Shown: positions 22,712 through 35,474 of the stretch, piece by piece
Layout of the letters: the number at the start of each line of letters is the position of its first letter
Position numbering within the stretch: position 1 is the stretch's first letter
Origin: Octopus sinensis
Lineage: Eukaryota
Assembly: GCF_006345805.1 (NCBI RefSeq)
Contig: NC_043011.1
Location: 47,194,464 to 47,258,463 of the forward strand
Direction of reading: 5' to 3'
Length of the DNA stretch: 64,000 nucleotides
The notes under the pieces: generated by a model
The model's input: the letters and a program-made list of their open reading frames with translations, nothing else
Databases searched by the model: none
What the model was told of the DNA's origin: nothing
Program-made: the position numbers and the translations under genes

Positions 22712-22949
22712 ATACACACACACAGAGATATTCAAAGACACACACACACATAAGATAATATATAAATGGTATATTGAAATAACAGGAATAGAACAATAAA
22801 TAAAGAAGAATTATGAATAACTTTCAGAAATAATAAAGTAGAAATACTTGACTGTGTCTATGAAAATGGAAAATTCATTGAACAATCTCAAGTCTAGTGA
22901 GGAAATTGACAATTTCTGTGATGTATGTTTATATGTATGGAGTTAAGTG

Positions 22950-22978
22950 TGTATATGTGTATATCTATCTATCTATAT

Positions 22979-23075
<97 letters not shown>

Positions 23076-23095
23076 TATATACCCATATATATCCT

Positions 23096-23131
<36 letters not shown>

Positions 23132-23530
23132 ATATACCCATATATATATCCTTATATATATACATACCCTTGTATGTAAATGGACATCCATATATATATA
23201 TACACCCATGTATATAAATGTATATCCATATATATATATATACATATATCCATATGTCCATATATATATATTTACACGTGTATATATATATCCATAAAGG
23301 TAAATGTATGTTTATATATATTTATACACATACATACATATATATACATATAGACACATGCATATATAATCCATATGTACATATTCATATATATATATAC
23401 ACACACTCACACATATATACACACACATATGTGCAAAGTTTATATACACATGTTTATGATTACATGTACTCACACACAAACTTAACCACATGCACACACA
23501 TGGGTGCTCAAACTTACACACACAAACAAA
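22950..23530. repeat. Compound (TA)/(CA) microsatellite field
   Basis: Direct inspection. Confidence 0.9.
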
Positions 23531-23984
23531 ACGCACGCATCACATTACACAATTTTTTATATATACATACAAATACACAGATGAAACAAATTCATGTTTT
23601 TATTTGTCAGATAGCAAAGAAAAACGGAATTGCTTTAAAACTATTTCCTATTAGTTTTATTGTTTTATCCCATTTTAATTATTATTTATATTTATTATTA
23701 TATTTGTCTGAGACACTTCAATGGTGAATCTTAATGGCACCACACACATTCTCTCTCTCTCGCTCTCTCTCTGTCTCTCTCTGTCTCTCTCTCTCTTCGA
23801 CCATTTCATTTTGTCTTATATTTACTCTATTTAATCCAGTCGCAATTCTATAAGTTTTCTATTCACATTTCTTATTAAATATAAACATCCAGAATAGTTA
23901 AGTGGAATTCTAGTAATATCATAGTTGCAAATCATTAACTGACTTTGTGTTAAATTTTCAAACCGATTTATGGTTATATATGTG

Positions 23985-24545
23985 CAAACATAGCTGGGTG
24001 GTAAGAAGTTTACCTCCCAGTTACATCACTCCAGGTTCAATCCTACTGTGTGGCACCTTGAGTAAGTGTGTTCTTCTATAGCCTTGAGGCTACCAAAGCC
24101 TTGTGAGTGGATTTGGTAGTCAGAAACTGAAAGAAGCCTATGATAAATTTTTTGTGTTTGTGACTGTGTTTGTCACCCACCGCCACTTGAATAAGTCCTG
24201 GGTTGATTTGCTCGACTAAAAGCAGTGCTCCAGTATGGCCACAGTCAAATGACTGAAAAGAGTAAAAGAGCATATTATAATGACCTGCATGTATTTCTGC
24301 TGCTGTGACTGTGTGGCACCTTGAATAAGTGTGTTCTTCTATAGCCTTGAGGCTACCAAAGCCTTGTGAGTGGATTTGGTGGTCAGAAACTGAAAGAAGC
24401 CTATGGTATATATGATGAATTTGTTTGTGTTTGTGACTGTGTTTGTCATCCACTGCCACTTGAGAACTAGTGTTGGTGTGTTTATGTCCCTGTAGATTAG
24501 TGGTTTGGCAAAAGTGACTGATAGAATAAGTACCTGTCTTTCCAA
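23985..24545 (+). mobile_element. Rearranged SINE family A with internal duplication
   Basis: 24046-24190 repeated at 24309-24463 with shared private variants. Confidence 0.75.
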
Positions 24546-24562
24546 GAAATAGAAAAAAATAA

Positions 24563-25095
24563 GTGAAGTATATTTACCACTTAAATGTGGCTAACCACTA
24601 AGGGTGGATGCTACTGTAGCTTGTAGTCCCAGGAGGACATCTCCTCCAGCTGGCTATTCACACACTTTCTGTGCCCTATCAGTATTTGCAAAAAAAAAAT
24701 AAAGTGCAAATACTTATAGGGCACAGAAAATGTATCAATAACCAGCTAGAGAAGGTGTTCTCCTGGGGCTACAAGCTTCAGTAGCATCCACCCTTAGTGG
24801 TTAGCCATATTTAAGTGGCAAATATATATTTTTCTTTATTGCCCACAAGGAGCTAAACATAGAGGGGACAAACAAGGACAGACAAGGGATTAAGTCGGTT
24901 ACATCGACCCCAGTGCGTAACTGGTACTTTGTTTATCGACCCCGAAAGAATGAAAGGCAAAGTCGACCTCGGCGGAATCTGAACTCAGGATGTAACAGCA
25001 GATGAAATACCACTAAGCATTTCACCCAGCATGCTAATGTTTCTGCCAGCTCGCCTTTAAGTGGCAAATATACTTCACATTGTCATGCAGCTACT
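24563..25095. mobile_element. Inverted pair of the 16249-family unit, right arm interrupted by SINE B
   Basis: 24563-24690 (minus) and 24706-24826 plus 25056-25095 (plus). Confidence 0.7.
24827..25055 (-). mobile_element. SINE family B
   Basis: 17-bp perfect TSD tttaagtggcaaatata (24810-24826, 25056-25072). Confidence 0.92.
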
Positions 25096-26554
25096 GTTTA
25101 TACTTCATTCAGAAAAAGTAAGCACTGGGTTCTATTTGTCTGACTAAAATTCTTCAAGGCAGTATCCCAGCATGGCTGCAGTCTAATGACTGAAACAAGT
25201 TAAAGACGAAAGGTGTATATTGCTGTTTACATTAGTATTACTTACAGTGTCGTATATTTGTGTGTGAGAGTGTAAATGTTTGTTCTTAACTATCTTTGCT
25301 CAGGTATTTGTTCATGAAATAAAGTGCAAAAGAGTTATTGAATCAATATATAATATTGATTTCTAATATTGGGAGATGGAATGGTAGTGGAGTGGGTTAG
25401 TCGATTCAATCAACCTGTGTACGTGATTGATATTTTATTTTATTGATCCCAGAAGGATGAAAGCCAAAGTTGACCTCGACAGGATTTGAACTCAGAACAA
25501 AGGGTTTGTAACTAAATATTAAAAGTTGTTTTGCACGATGCTCTAACGATTCTTCCAGCCCACTGCCTTGAAAATCAATTTATAATATTGAAGAGAAACT
25601 TCTACAATTTTCTTTGTTGTGAAACTGAAAAATATGGCTCTTGTTGTTGTTTAGCCCCAGGTCAGACCTGTTTGAGCAAACCTATGATTGTTCTCACAAT
25701 GATCATCTCGTAATTTTCCGAACATCATATTATTTGCTGTATCCTTCTCTTCTAAGATGATAGAATGTGATTTTAGTGCTATTTCCAGCAGGCTAAGTGA
25801 CCATGAAAAGGTTCTTGCATTGGCTCGTATTTTGATTATTCGTTTCATGTGTATGTGAGAAAGAGAGAAAGGGGAGAGAGAGGGAGAGACAGAGAAAGAA
25901 AGACAGAACACTTTTCTTTTATAACTATCAGTAATCAAGTATTTATTCATAAAATAAATTGCAAAAGTGCTTTTGGAATTGATATAAAATATTATAGAAA
26001 AACATGTAATTTTTGCTATGAAACTAAAGAATTTTTGGTTGTGTCTCTAACATAAATATTTGAAGGAATTTTATTTAAGGTAGTCTTTGGCATTCTTGTT
26101 CTACAATTCTGTTTCAAATGTTAAAATTAGATCTCTGCTAAAGGCAACTTATCGGTCTTGAAATCTCTTGTCCATTGTTTCTGGTTGTAGGCTTCATTCC
26201 AGATATATTCTTTCATTCTTTTACAAGTTTTGGACTTTGGCAATGTTAGAACACTACCTTTGAGGTTACTGTTGATTTAACAGACAAGCTAACACTACTT
26301 GCAGACCACTTACTTATTTTAGAGACCCTGGAAATATAAAAGTCAACTTCGGCAGTATCTGAAGCAACTCAGAATGTAAAATGAAGCGGCCAATTATGAA
26401 ATATCAATTCCATCAATAGCATTTACCAATTAAAAAAGTCTCTACATAGTTCTTCTATGTGTTAGAAATATCAGCCAAATTATCCTCAAATTGCACACTG
26501 CTGTTTTTAAAAGACCAGGATAGATTAGATAATGTAACCTTAGATATATAAAGC

Positions 26555-26955
26555 ACAAGTGTGGATGCATGGTAGAAAGCTTGCTTTCCAACCACATGGT
26601 TCTGGGTTCAGTCCCACTGCATATCACCTTGGGCAAATATCTTCTACTAAAGCTGACCAAAGCCTTGTGAAGAGATCTGGTTGACGGAAACTGAAGGAAG
26701 CCTGTTGTGTGTGTATGTGTGTGTATGTGTGTTTATGTGTGTGTATATTTGTCCCCCCACTACTGCTTGACAACCAGTGTTGGCAGGTTTATATCCCTGT
26801 AAGTTTGCAGTTCAGCAAGAGAAACTGATAGAATAAGTACCAGGCTTAAAAAGAAATAAGTATTAGGGTTGATTCATTTCGCTAAAAATTCTTCAAGGCA
26901 GTGCCCCAGCATGGCCATGGTCTAGTGACCAAAATAAGTAAAAGATAAAAAGATC
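26555..26955 (+). mobile_element. SINE family A
   Basis: Head, (TG)n, tail gtaaaagataaaaga. Confidence 0.8.
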
Positions 26956-27062
26956 GAAGATACAAGGCTTGGAAAGACAGAATAGTCATGGCTAGAATGC
27001 CTTTTAGCATACACATCTAAGGCACATATAAACAATAATAGGGGACATCATAAAGCCTTTAA

Positions 27063-27284
27063 CCCTTTCGATACCAACCCAGCTGAAAACACCTCTGGGT
27101 CTGAAATACAAATGACTTGTTTTCATAAGTTCTGAATTAAAATCTTCCACCAAACCTTGGTCACAATTCATGTTCCTAACACAAGCTTAATGATAACTAA
27201 GTTATTTTACTAAATTCTTTGTTAAATTTTAAATTAATTGAAAGAAACACAGAGCATCTCAAAGTAAATACGATAATGAAAGGG
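27063..27284. mobile_element. piggyBac-type MITE P1
   Basis: TTAA|CCCTTTCG...TGAAAGGG|TTAA. Confidence 0.88.
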
Positions 27285-27515
27285 TTAATGATTATTGGGC
27301 ACCTGACACACAATATATTATCTTTATTAATCAGTGGAGATATACAGACAGACAAATATTGAATATAAATTTTAACTGATTTGTGCATGATTTTCTCCCC
27401 TCCATACACACGCAAGCATGTATCTGACTCATACACTGTTCACTTCTCAGACATTTCTAAATTACTGCATATGCTTTATACGCTCTTTTGACAAGTTGTA
27501 GTGCACCTGAGCACT

Positions 27516-27926
27516 ACTCTTTTTTTACTCTTTTTACTTGTTTCAGTCATATGACTGTGGCCATGCTGGAGCAACGCCTTTAGTTGAGTAACTCAACCCT
27601 GGGACTTATTCTTTGTAAGCCCTGTACTTATTCTATCGGTCTCTTTTGCCGAACCGCTAAGTAACGGGGACATAAACACACCAGCATCGGTTGTCAAGCA
27701 ATGCTAGGGGACAAACACAGACACACAAACATACACGCACATATATATATATACATATATACAATGGGCTTCTTTCAGTTTCCGTCTACCAAATCCACTC
27801 ACAAGGCTTTGGTCGGCCCGAGGCTATAGTAGAAGACACTTGCCCAAGATGCCATGCAGTGGGACTGAACCCGGAACCATGTGGTTGGTAGGCAAGCTAC
27901 TTACCACACAGCCACTCCTGCGCCTA
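27516..27926 (-). mobile_element. SINE family A (young, near consensus)
   Basis: Full length. Confidence 0.92.
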
Positions 27927-27950
27927 TACAATAATTTGTATACAATAATT

Positions 27951-27981
<31 letters not shown>

Positions 27982-28191
27982 AAATAAATGTCCTTAAAAT
28001 GATGAAGTGGAATTATTGAAAACTTTTGGCTTTCTTTGAAAACTACAGGTTAGTCTACCTGTCTGTCTCTCTCTCTCTCTTCCTTCCTTTCTTTCTCACT
28101 GTTTGTGCCTTTCTTTTGTCCTCTTCTTCATTCTATTTCTCACTTTCTCTCTCACCCTCTATTTCTATTTTTTTTTCACATACCTAATTTT

Positions 28192-28405
28192 TAGGGAGTG
28201 CTGAAAAGTTCCTGACTTTGGATAAAGAAAATATATCAAAATCAGTTAATTATGATTTTATTCAACATATTCTCCTCTCAGATTCACACATTTATTACAG
28301 TGGTCCTTCAGTTTTTCTAAGCCCTGTAAAAGAACTTGGAAGGTTGGGCCGAGCAGACCTTTCATGATACCCTTAAAGCCAGGACCTTTTCAGCCCCCAC
28401 CCATA
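28192..28405. mobile_element. mariner-type MITE (same family as 51657-51873)
   Basis: TIR gtgctgaaaagttcctg.cttt and its complement. Confidence 0.75.
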
Positions 28406-28661
28406 CATTGGAATGTTCTGGAGGAAGTGGGCTGTGTTTCTGACATTCATTGTCCCTCTGATCAGTGAGATCAACATAATATTTTCAGGTATATCATTCA
28501 GAAAGTCCTGCAGGCCAAAGGCTGCCTTTATCTGGTTTAGGTGGTCACTTGATCTGGGAGAAATAGCAACCAAATTTCCTTTAAATCTCTAATACAACAT
28601 TTGAAAATGAAGAAACTAGATACAAATTTTGTGGTGTTCAACACTGAGATGGTGTTGTAAC

Positions 28662-28709
<48 letters not shown>

Positions 28710-29203
28710 CGAAGTAAGTTCAAGTTCAGGTATCAAAATGCCAGGTAATTAAATTGGCAAAAATCTAAGTAAACGAAGTAACAGACAGAATTCTATTAAT
28801 TTTGACATTACCAACATTGCAGAGTGCATAGTGTTTTAGCTTGCTTTTCGACTTTTTATTTGCATTGTTCTTTCTTATTCCCTATTTTATGCGTAGAATT
28901 CTTTACCAAAAAATCAAATTAAAAATTTTCCTTCCCACACACACACTCATACATACACGAATATATACATATGTGTATGTGTGTATGAGTAAGTAAATGT
29001 GTGAGTGAGTCTATGTGTATGTGTGTGTGTGTATATATATATATTTATATATATATATATATAGACACTTACAGGTACATATATGCATAGACATAGCTAT
29101 GCATATATAACTAATTTAAAAGAAACTAACAAAATAAGTAACTCTCAATATAAGAACAAATACTACAAAACGAATTATTTTTTTCCTATTTAAACTATCT
29201 TGT

Positions 29204-29376
29204 TTGAATTTGAGAAAATTAATTAACTATATATAGTTTACAGGTCAAGAACTTTTATCTGATATTGAAACAAGGTACCGGCTAAACAAGAGAGAGCCAG
29301 TTAAATCTACCGATTTCTTCTTGTATTTTCTATTTTCCCTTTCGTTTGTATTTTTCTTGTTCTATGGTTAATGATA
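29204..29376 (+). repeat. Donor copy of a 173-bp local duplication
   Basis: 172/173 identical to 34474-34646. Confidence 0.95.
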
Positions 29377-29703
29377 TTGGCTTGATTTACTGTATGTAGA
29401 AGTCGGTGAGTGTTTATTAGCTTAGTGTATATGGAGAAACAATTTGGAAAGCTAATACAATATTTTTTTCAAAAGCATTCAAGGGTATGTGAATGACTTT
29501 ATAATGATAGTCTGTTTGTGTGTAGTATCATGCATACAATGTCTGTACGACTATAAGCATGTGTGTATGTGTGTATTTGTTGTATGCATGTGTAATGGTG
29601 TGTTTGTGAGTGCATGCTCATGTTATAGCCTGTATGCAATCTTTGTTTCTGTAAGCATATTTGTTTATTTGCATGTATTTCCACATTTACAATACTTGCA
29701 TAA

Positions 29704-29870
29704 ATGTGTGTGTGTTTGTACACGTAGTATCTTGTATACTATGTTCGAATATTTGTAAGCATGAGGGTGCATGAATGCATACATGCATGTTTGCATGTGT
29801 GTGTTTGTGCATGTAGTATCTTGTATACTATGTTCGAATATTTGTAAGTGTGAGGGTGCATGCATGCATG
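29704..29870. repeat. 89-bp-period tandem duplication
   Basis: gtagtatcttgtatactatgttcgaatatttgtaag at 29724 and 29813. Confidence 0.85.
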
Positions 29871-30839
29871 CACGCATAAATGTATACATGTGTTCATGCA
29901 AGTATGTGGTTAAGAAATTCGTTTTTAAAAGCACAGGATTATTCAGGTTCGGTTCCACCGTGTAACCCCATGAGCAAAAGCCTTCTATTGTCACCTCAGA
30001 TTGACCAAAACCTTGCAAGAAAATTCGTTGGAAGGAAACTGTATAAAAGACCATTTGCACCATATTTTTCTCGCATACAAGTTGAAGTAAGATTATAAAC
30101 ACATAAAAAAACTTCATCACTATCTTTTCAAACCCTGCTGTATTTAACATGAAATTTTTGGTCCTCCAGCGTTGTTTTTGGTGTGTAAGTCGACCTACCA
30201 TTTTTGGCTGAAAATATTCAGACAAAATCGACTTGTATACTGGAAAAAAATATTCTTTTATTCTTTCACTTGTTTCACTCATTTGACTACAAACAAATTA
30301 AATTCAGGACTTATTTCTAAGCCTAGTACTTATACTATTGGTCCCTTTTGCCAAACTGCTAAGTTATGGGGATGTAAACACACCAACACCGGTTGTCAAA
30401 TTGTGATGCGAGACAAGCACTGACACAAAGACATATATATGACAGTTCCTGTCGACGAAATCCTCTCACAAGGCTTTGGTCAGTCAGAGGCTATGGTGGA
30501 ACCATGTGGTTAGGAAGCCTGGAACCATGTGGTTGGGAAGCAATGTGCGTGTGTGTGTGTGTGTGTGTGTATAAACATATGCTAATATTGACATTCCTTC
30601 ACTTGTCACTGCCTGAGTGAAGCTTCAATCTGTTTACATATTTTGTGAACATTACAACTGGATGGTTAGTGCTTTTGAAGTTCTGAGGAATTAAAAAAAT
30701 CCCTTACTTGAGAAACAGGTAAGGATTGGTGATACAAAGGTCACCTGGCCTTAAAATACTGTTCAATGTAAGTCTGCGTTCTTCCCATGTATACATGTGC
30801 ATGTGTGTCTGTATGCTTGTGTATCTAACTATTTATCTG

Positions 30840-30875
<36 letters not shown>

Positions 30876-30907
30876 CATATATATACATATATACATATAT
30901 ATATATG

Positions 30908-31085
30908 ATAGATCGTTAGCCACTACACACATTTTTTTCTCTCCTTGTTTCCGACCTTGTTTTTTTCTGTGTCCCTTTCTGTGGAAGAGCGTAGGCTCAA
31001 AACGTAAAATACTTTTTTCTATTCCTGAGCGTTATACTAATACATCTGTTTGTTTTGTACACCACCTGTCTTCGTCTTTTGTTTT
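30908..31085 (+). mobile_element. Short Penelope-like repeat (3955 family)
   Basis: Contains CUUU-CUGUGGA-AGAGC(GUAG)GCUC-AAAAC-GUA at 30975-31010. Confidence 0.6.
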
Positions 31086-31095
31086 TTTTTGTAAA

Positions 31096-31126
<31 letters not shown>

Positions 31127-31459
31127 ATATATATATATATCTTTGTACCTGTGTATATTTGTTCATCAAATACACATGCGTCACAAAAGATTTTACAGGT
31201 AAACACAAAGGAAAACTGTAACCTTTAAATGAGCAGCATTCAATTTTGGGTAGATTATCCCTGAATCATATCATTACCATCAACACTTTTACATCTAATT
31301 TTCCATGACAGCATGGATTGGACAGAATATTCCAAAGGATTGTTTCATGGTTAGGCACCCTTCCTGACTCCAGTCTTCTCTGTTGTTTCTGACAATACAC
31401 AGGGATACAGATTACCTATTCTAAAAACCAGAGTACACAGGTTTATGTCATATATTTGC

Positions 31460-32105
31460 ATGTAAAGTGAGTAAGCTTTGTGAGTGGATTTGGTAGATGG
31501 AAACTGAAAGAAGCCCATCGCATATATATCATTATCATCATCATTTAACATGTGCTTTCCATCTGGCATGGGTAAAATGGTTTAACATGGAGCTGGCAAG
31601 CTGGGGAATATCCAGACTCCAACTGTCTGTTGTGACATGGTTTCTATGGCTGGATGCCCTTCCTAATGCCAACCACTTAACAAAGGGTGCTATGTACGTT
31701 TTACATGCCACTGGCATGAGTGCATTTATGCAGCCCCAGCACAGATGTGTTAACGCAGTAACAGCACAGGTGCTTTCTAATTGGCACCAGCACCTGAGAG
31801 AACAAACCTGTATGTGTAAAAGACAGTGATTTTTCTTAGCTTGATGTGTCTCATCAAGTACAGCAAATCGCTACATCTTTCAGTCCCTTGTGGTATATAC
31901 AGTGTATGATTTTTTGTCTGTGTTTGTCCCCCACCACAGTTTGACAACTAGTGTTGCTGTGTAACTTAGCAGTTTGGCAAAATAAACCGATAGAATAAGT
32001 ACCAGGTTTAAAAATAATGTATTGGGGTTGATTCATTCAACTAAAATTCTTCGAAGTGGTGCTCCAGCACGGTCACACTTGAATTACTGAAACAAATAAA
32101 AGATA
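31460..32105. mobile_element. SINE family A (plus) with a family C copy (minus, ~31530-31880) nested in it
   Basis: A head at 31460-31520 resumes at ~31900. Confidence 0.65.
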
Positions 32106-32116
32106 TATATATATTT

Positions 32117-32490
32117 AAGGTGGCGAGCTGGCAGATACGTTAGCATGCCAGGCGAAATGCATAGCCGTATTTTGTCTGCCGTTACGTTCTGAGTTCAAAT
32201 TCCACCGCGGTTGACTTTGCCTTTCATCCTTTTGGGGTCGATAAATTAAGTACCAGTTATGCATTGGGATCAATATAATCGACTTGATCCCTTCGTCTGT
32301 CCTTGTTTGTCCCCTCTGTGTTTAGCCCCTTGTGGGTAGTAAAGAAATAGGCATTTCATTTGTCTTTACGTTCTGAGTTCAAATTCAGACAAGGTCGACT
32401 TTGCCCTTCATCCTTTCAGGGTCAAAACATTATGTACCAGTTCCATCCCAAAATTTCGGGCCTTGTACCTAGAGTAGAAAAGGATATATA
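32117..32490 (+). mobile_element. SINE B / B2 head-to-tail dimer
   Basis: B tail aaagaaatag joined at 32350/32351 to gcatttc...ttacgttctgag of a second unit. Confidence 0.8.
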
Positions 32491-33276
32491 TATCTATCTC
32501 TATATAATATAAATAAATATATTTAAGTGAAAAAATTGGTGGATTTTTTTCTCTTATGAGGTTTTTCCCGCTAACTATTTGATAAATTCTTATAAAGATC
32601 TTATTCTATTTTTAAATTATATATACATATATATATAAACGTATATGTGTGTGTGAATCTCTGTGTGTGTTTGTGTGTCTGTAGACATACATAAATGCCA
32701 CACATTTATACAGGCTCATATTCAACAGGTTAAGAGACATCCAAATACACACACACACAGATAAATTACCACATTACAAACTGTTGCAGCAAAAGTCATG
32801 AACTTATTTGAGAAAGCAAGTAGCAAACTCATTTACATCATTCCAGTCGACATTCTGTTAATGAGAAAAGTTAACTTTTGTTGTTATTGTTGAGGAAGTA
32901 AATAATATAACATAGCTTATTAGCAGTTTTTATTCAGCCTAATTAGATTTTCAATTAATTATTTACTTGAAATCAATAAAATTATACAGCAAATTCAAGT
33001 CAGAATCAGTTTGTTACTAGTTATCTAAAATGTCCTTTAGATGTTGTTATACAACACCAGGTCAAAACTTGATCCAGTTGATCTATGATCAAACTGGTTT
33101 TATTCTTACTTTTATTTTTGACAAAGTCTATCTACAATCACATTCCCAAAGGGGTTACATTTTGGTTTCCTGTTTTTAAGGGAGTCAAATGTGATTTGAG
33201 GGACTTTGGGTAAATAATCTCTAATTAGTCAAGGGTCTGTACAGATACTCGTTTGTGGCCTCCTCCTCCTCCTCTT

Positions 33277-33380
33277 TCTTCTTCTTCTTCTTCTTCTTCT
33301 TCTTCTTCTTCTTCTTCTTCTTCTTCTTCTTCTTCTTCTTCTTCTTCTTCTTCTTCTTCTTCTTCTTCTCCTTCTTCTTC
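33277..33380. repeat. (TTC)n homopyrimidine microsatellite
   Basis: About 30 units. Confidence 0.95.
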
Positions 33381-33674
33381 TACTGTGTTTCTAATCCCTC
33401 TGAAAGAACTTTTGTGACACCCTTAAAACCAGGAATTCTTCAGCACCCCATTGCATGCCAGAGAAACCATGAAACTGGCCCTATACTCCTTACACAGCAA
33501 TGTGGACTAACCATTTCAAGACTGGGCAGATGAACCAGCTATGTGGAACCTCCCTCACTTTTTGAGCTACTAAACTATGTCACTGGAGCCACATGTTTAT
33601 ATACAACTGCTTGTTCAAATAGTAATTGTTTGTTTTTTTTGTTTGAGAGTGTGTTTTTTATTTTTTATTTTTAG

Positions 33675-33743
33675 CCTTTTTCAAAAAGAAACAGCTGAAT
33701 GTGCTATTTGAGAAGTTCATAGCGTTCTTTAGATCGGATTAAA
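33675..33743 (+). other. Candidate 69-nt exon with strong splice sites
   Basis: Long T-tract ttttattttag acceptor and AAA|GTAAGT donor; stop codons in all three frames (best frame AFFKKKQLNVLFEKFIAFFRSD*). Confidence 0.3.
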
Positions 33744-33891
33744 GTAAGTTGAAATCAATATAAAGGAAATATTAAGATGGAATCACAGGGGAGGAAATCT
33801 TCAAGATTAACTCAATAAACTACCGAGAAAAATTGTCTTCGTTTCAGCTACTAATCTGATTTCCATAACAATTGAATTCAATTATATATAT

Positions 33892-33968
<77 letters not shown>

Positions 33969-34260
33969 TATGTATATATATATGTGTGTGTGTGCGTATA
34001 TATATCTATATAAATATACATATATACACATATATATATATGCATACATATACATATATATATGCATATATACATATATACATATATATATATGCATATA
34101 TACATAAATATATATATGCATATGTATATATATATACATAAATATATACATACGCATATATATGAATATATATATATATATGTAATTTTGGGGGGCTGGG
34201 TAGAAAATTATAAAAACAAAGCATAACCTAAATGACTTAGAGCAATTGGTGATGATGGTG

Positions 34261-34324
<64 letters not shown>

Positions 34325-34473
34325 CAACAACATCAGAAAATAGTGTTGCTAGGTTCCGCACACATTTTATACCATGTACTCTCCATGAAATGAGGACCTG
34401 CTGTGATGACTCTGGTTCAGCAGAAGACAACGGACCATATTTTGATTTACAATGATAATAATTATAATAATCC

Positions 34474-34646
34474 TTGAATTTGAGAAAATTAATTAACTAT
34501 ATATAGTTTACAGGTCAAGAACTTTTATCTGATATTGAAACAAGGTACCGGCTAAACAAGAGAGAGCCAGTTAAATCTACCGATTTCTTCTTGTATTTTC
34601 TATTTTCACTTTCGTTTGTATTTTTCTTGTTCTATGGTTAATGATA
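34474..34646 (+). repeat. Recipient copy of the 173-bp duplication, inserted in a SINE B2 tail
   Basis: Flanked by aataatcc and gcacaaggcc, normally near-adjacent in the B2 tail. Confidence 0.9.
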
Positions 34647-35067
34647 GCACAAGGCCTGGAATTTTGGAGGAGGAGGAAAGTTGATTACATCGACCCCAGT
34701 GCTTGACTGGTACTTGTTTATCAACCCCAAAAAGATGAAAGGCAAAGTCAATCTTGGCAGAATTTGAACTCAGAACATAAGAATGGGTGAATAATAGTAG
34801 CAATAATAAACTATGTAAAGATCAAGTTCTGTTTGTTGTTAATATTGCCAAAATTACTAAATAGTAGAATAGGTAAACAATCACAGGAAAATATGATATG
34901 TTATTTAGTTACAGCTTTTTATGAGTGAAGTTCAAAACCTGATTATGTTCGTATTTTGCCTTATATTTTGTGCAGAGTCAAACAATCCCTTCATTCAAAA
35001 TCTATGACCCAGTGTCTTGCAAGCTGGCAGAATCATTTGAGTGTTGGACAATATGCCTTGCAGTATC

Positions 35068-35474
35068 TATTTCTTTATTGCCCACAGGGAGGTCTAAAAC
35101 ATAGATAGGACAAACAAAGGGATTAAGTCAATTACATCGACCCCAGTGCGTAACTGGTATTTATTTAATCGACCCCGAAAAGGATGAAAGGCAAAGTCAA
35201 CCTCGGTGGAATTTGAACTCAGAACGTAGCGGCAGACGAAATACCTATTTCTTTAGTACCCACAAGGGGCTAAACACAGAGAGGACAAACAAGGACAGAA
35301 AAGTGGATTAAGTCGATTATATCGACCCCAGTGTGTAACTGGTATTTATTTAATCGACCCTGAAAAGGATGAAAGGCAAAGTTGACCTCAGCAGAATTTG
35401 AACTCAGAATGTTGCGGCAGACGAAATACCACGAAGCATTTCGCCCGGTGTGCTAACGTTTCTGCCAGCTCGCC
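35068..35474 (-). mobile_element. SINE B head-to-tail dimer
   Basis: Junction at 35244/35245; one 13-bp TSD gccttg(c/t)agtatc (35055-35067, 35475-35487) flanks the whole dimer. Confidence 0.88.

Noticed and set aside
28373-28573. 66-aa minus ORF (LNQIKAAFGLQDFLND...)
   Set aside because: No recognisable family, weak acceptor, and it runs into a MITE.
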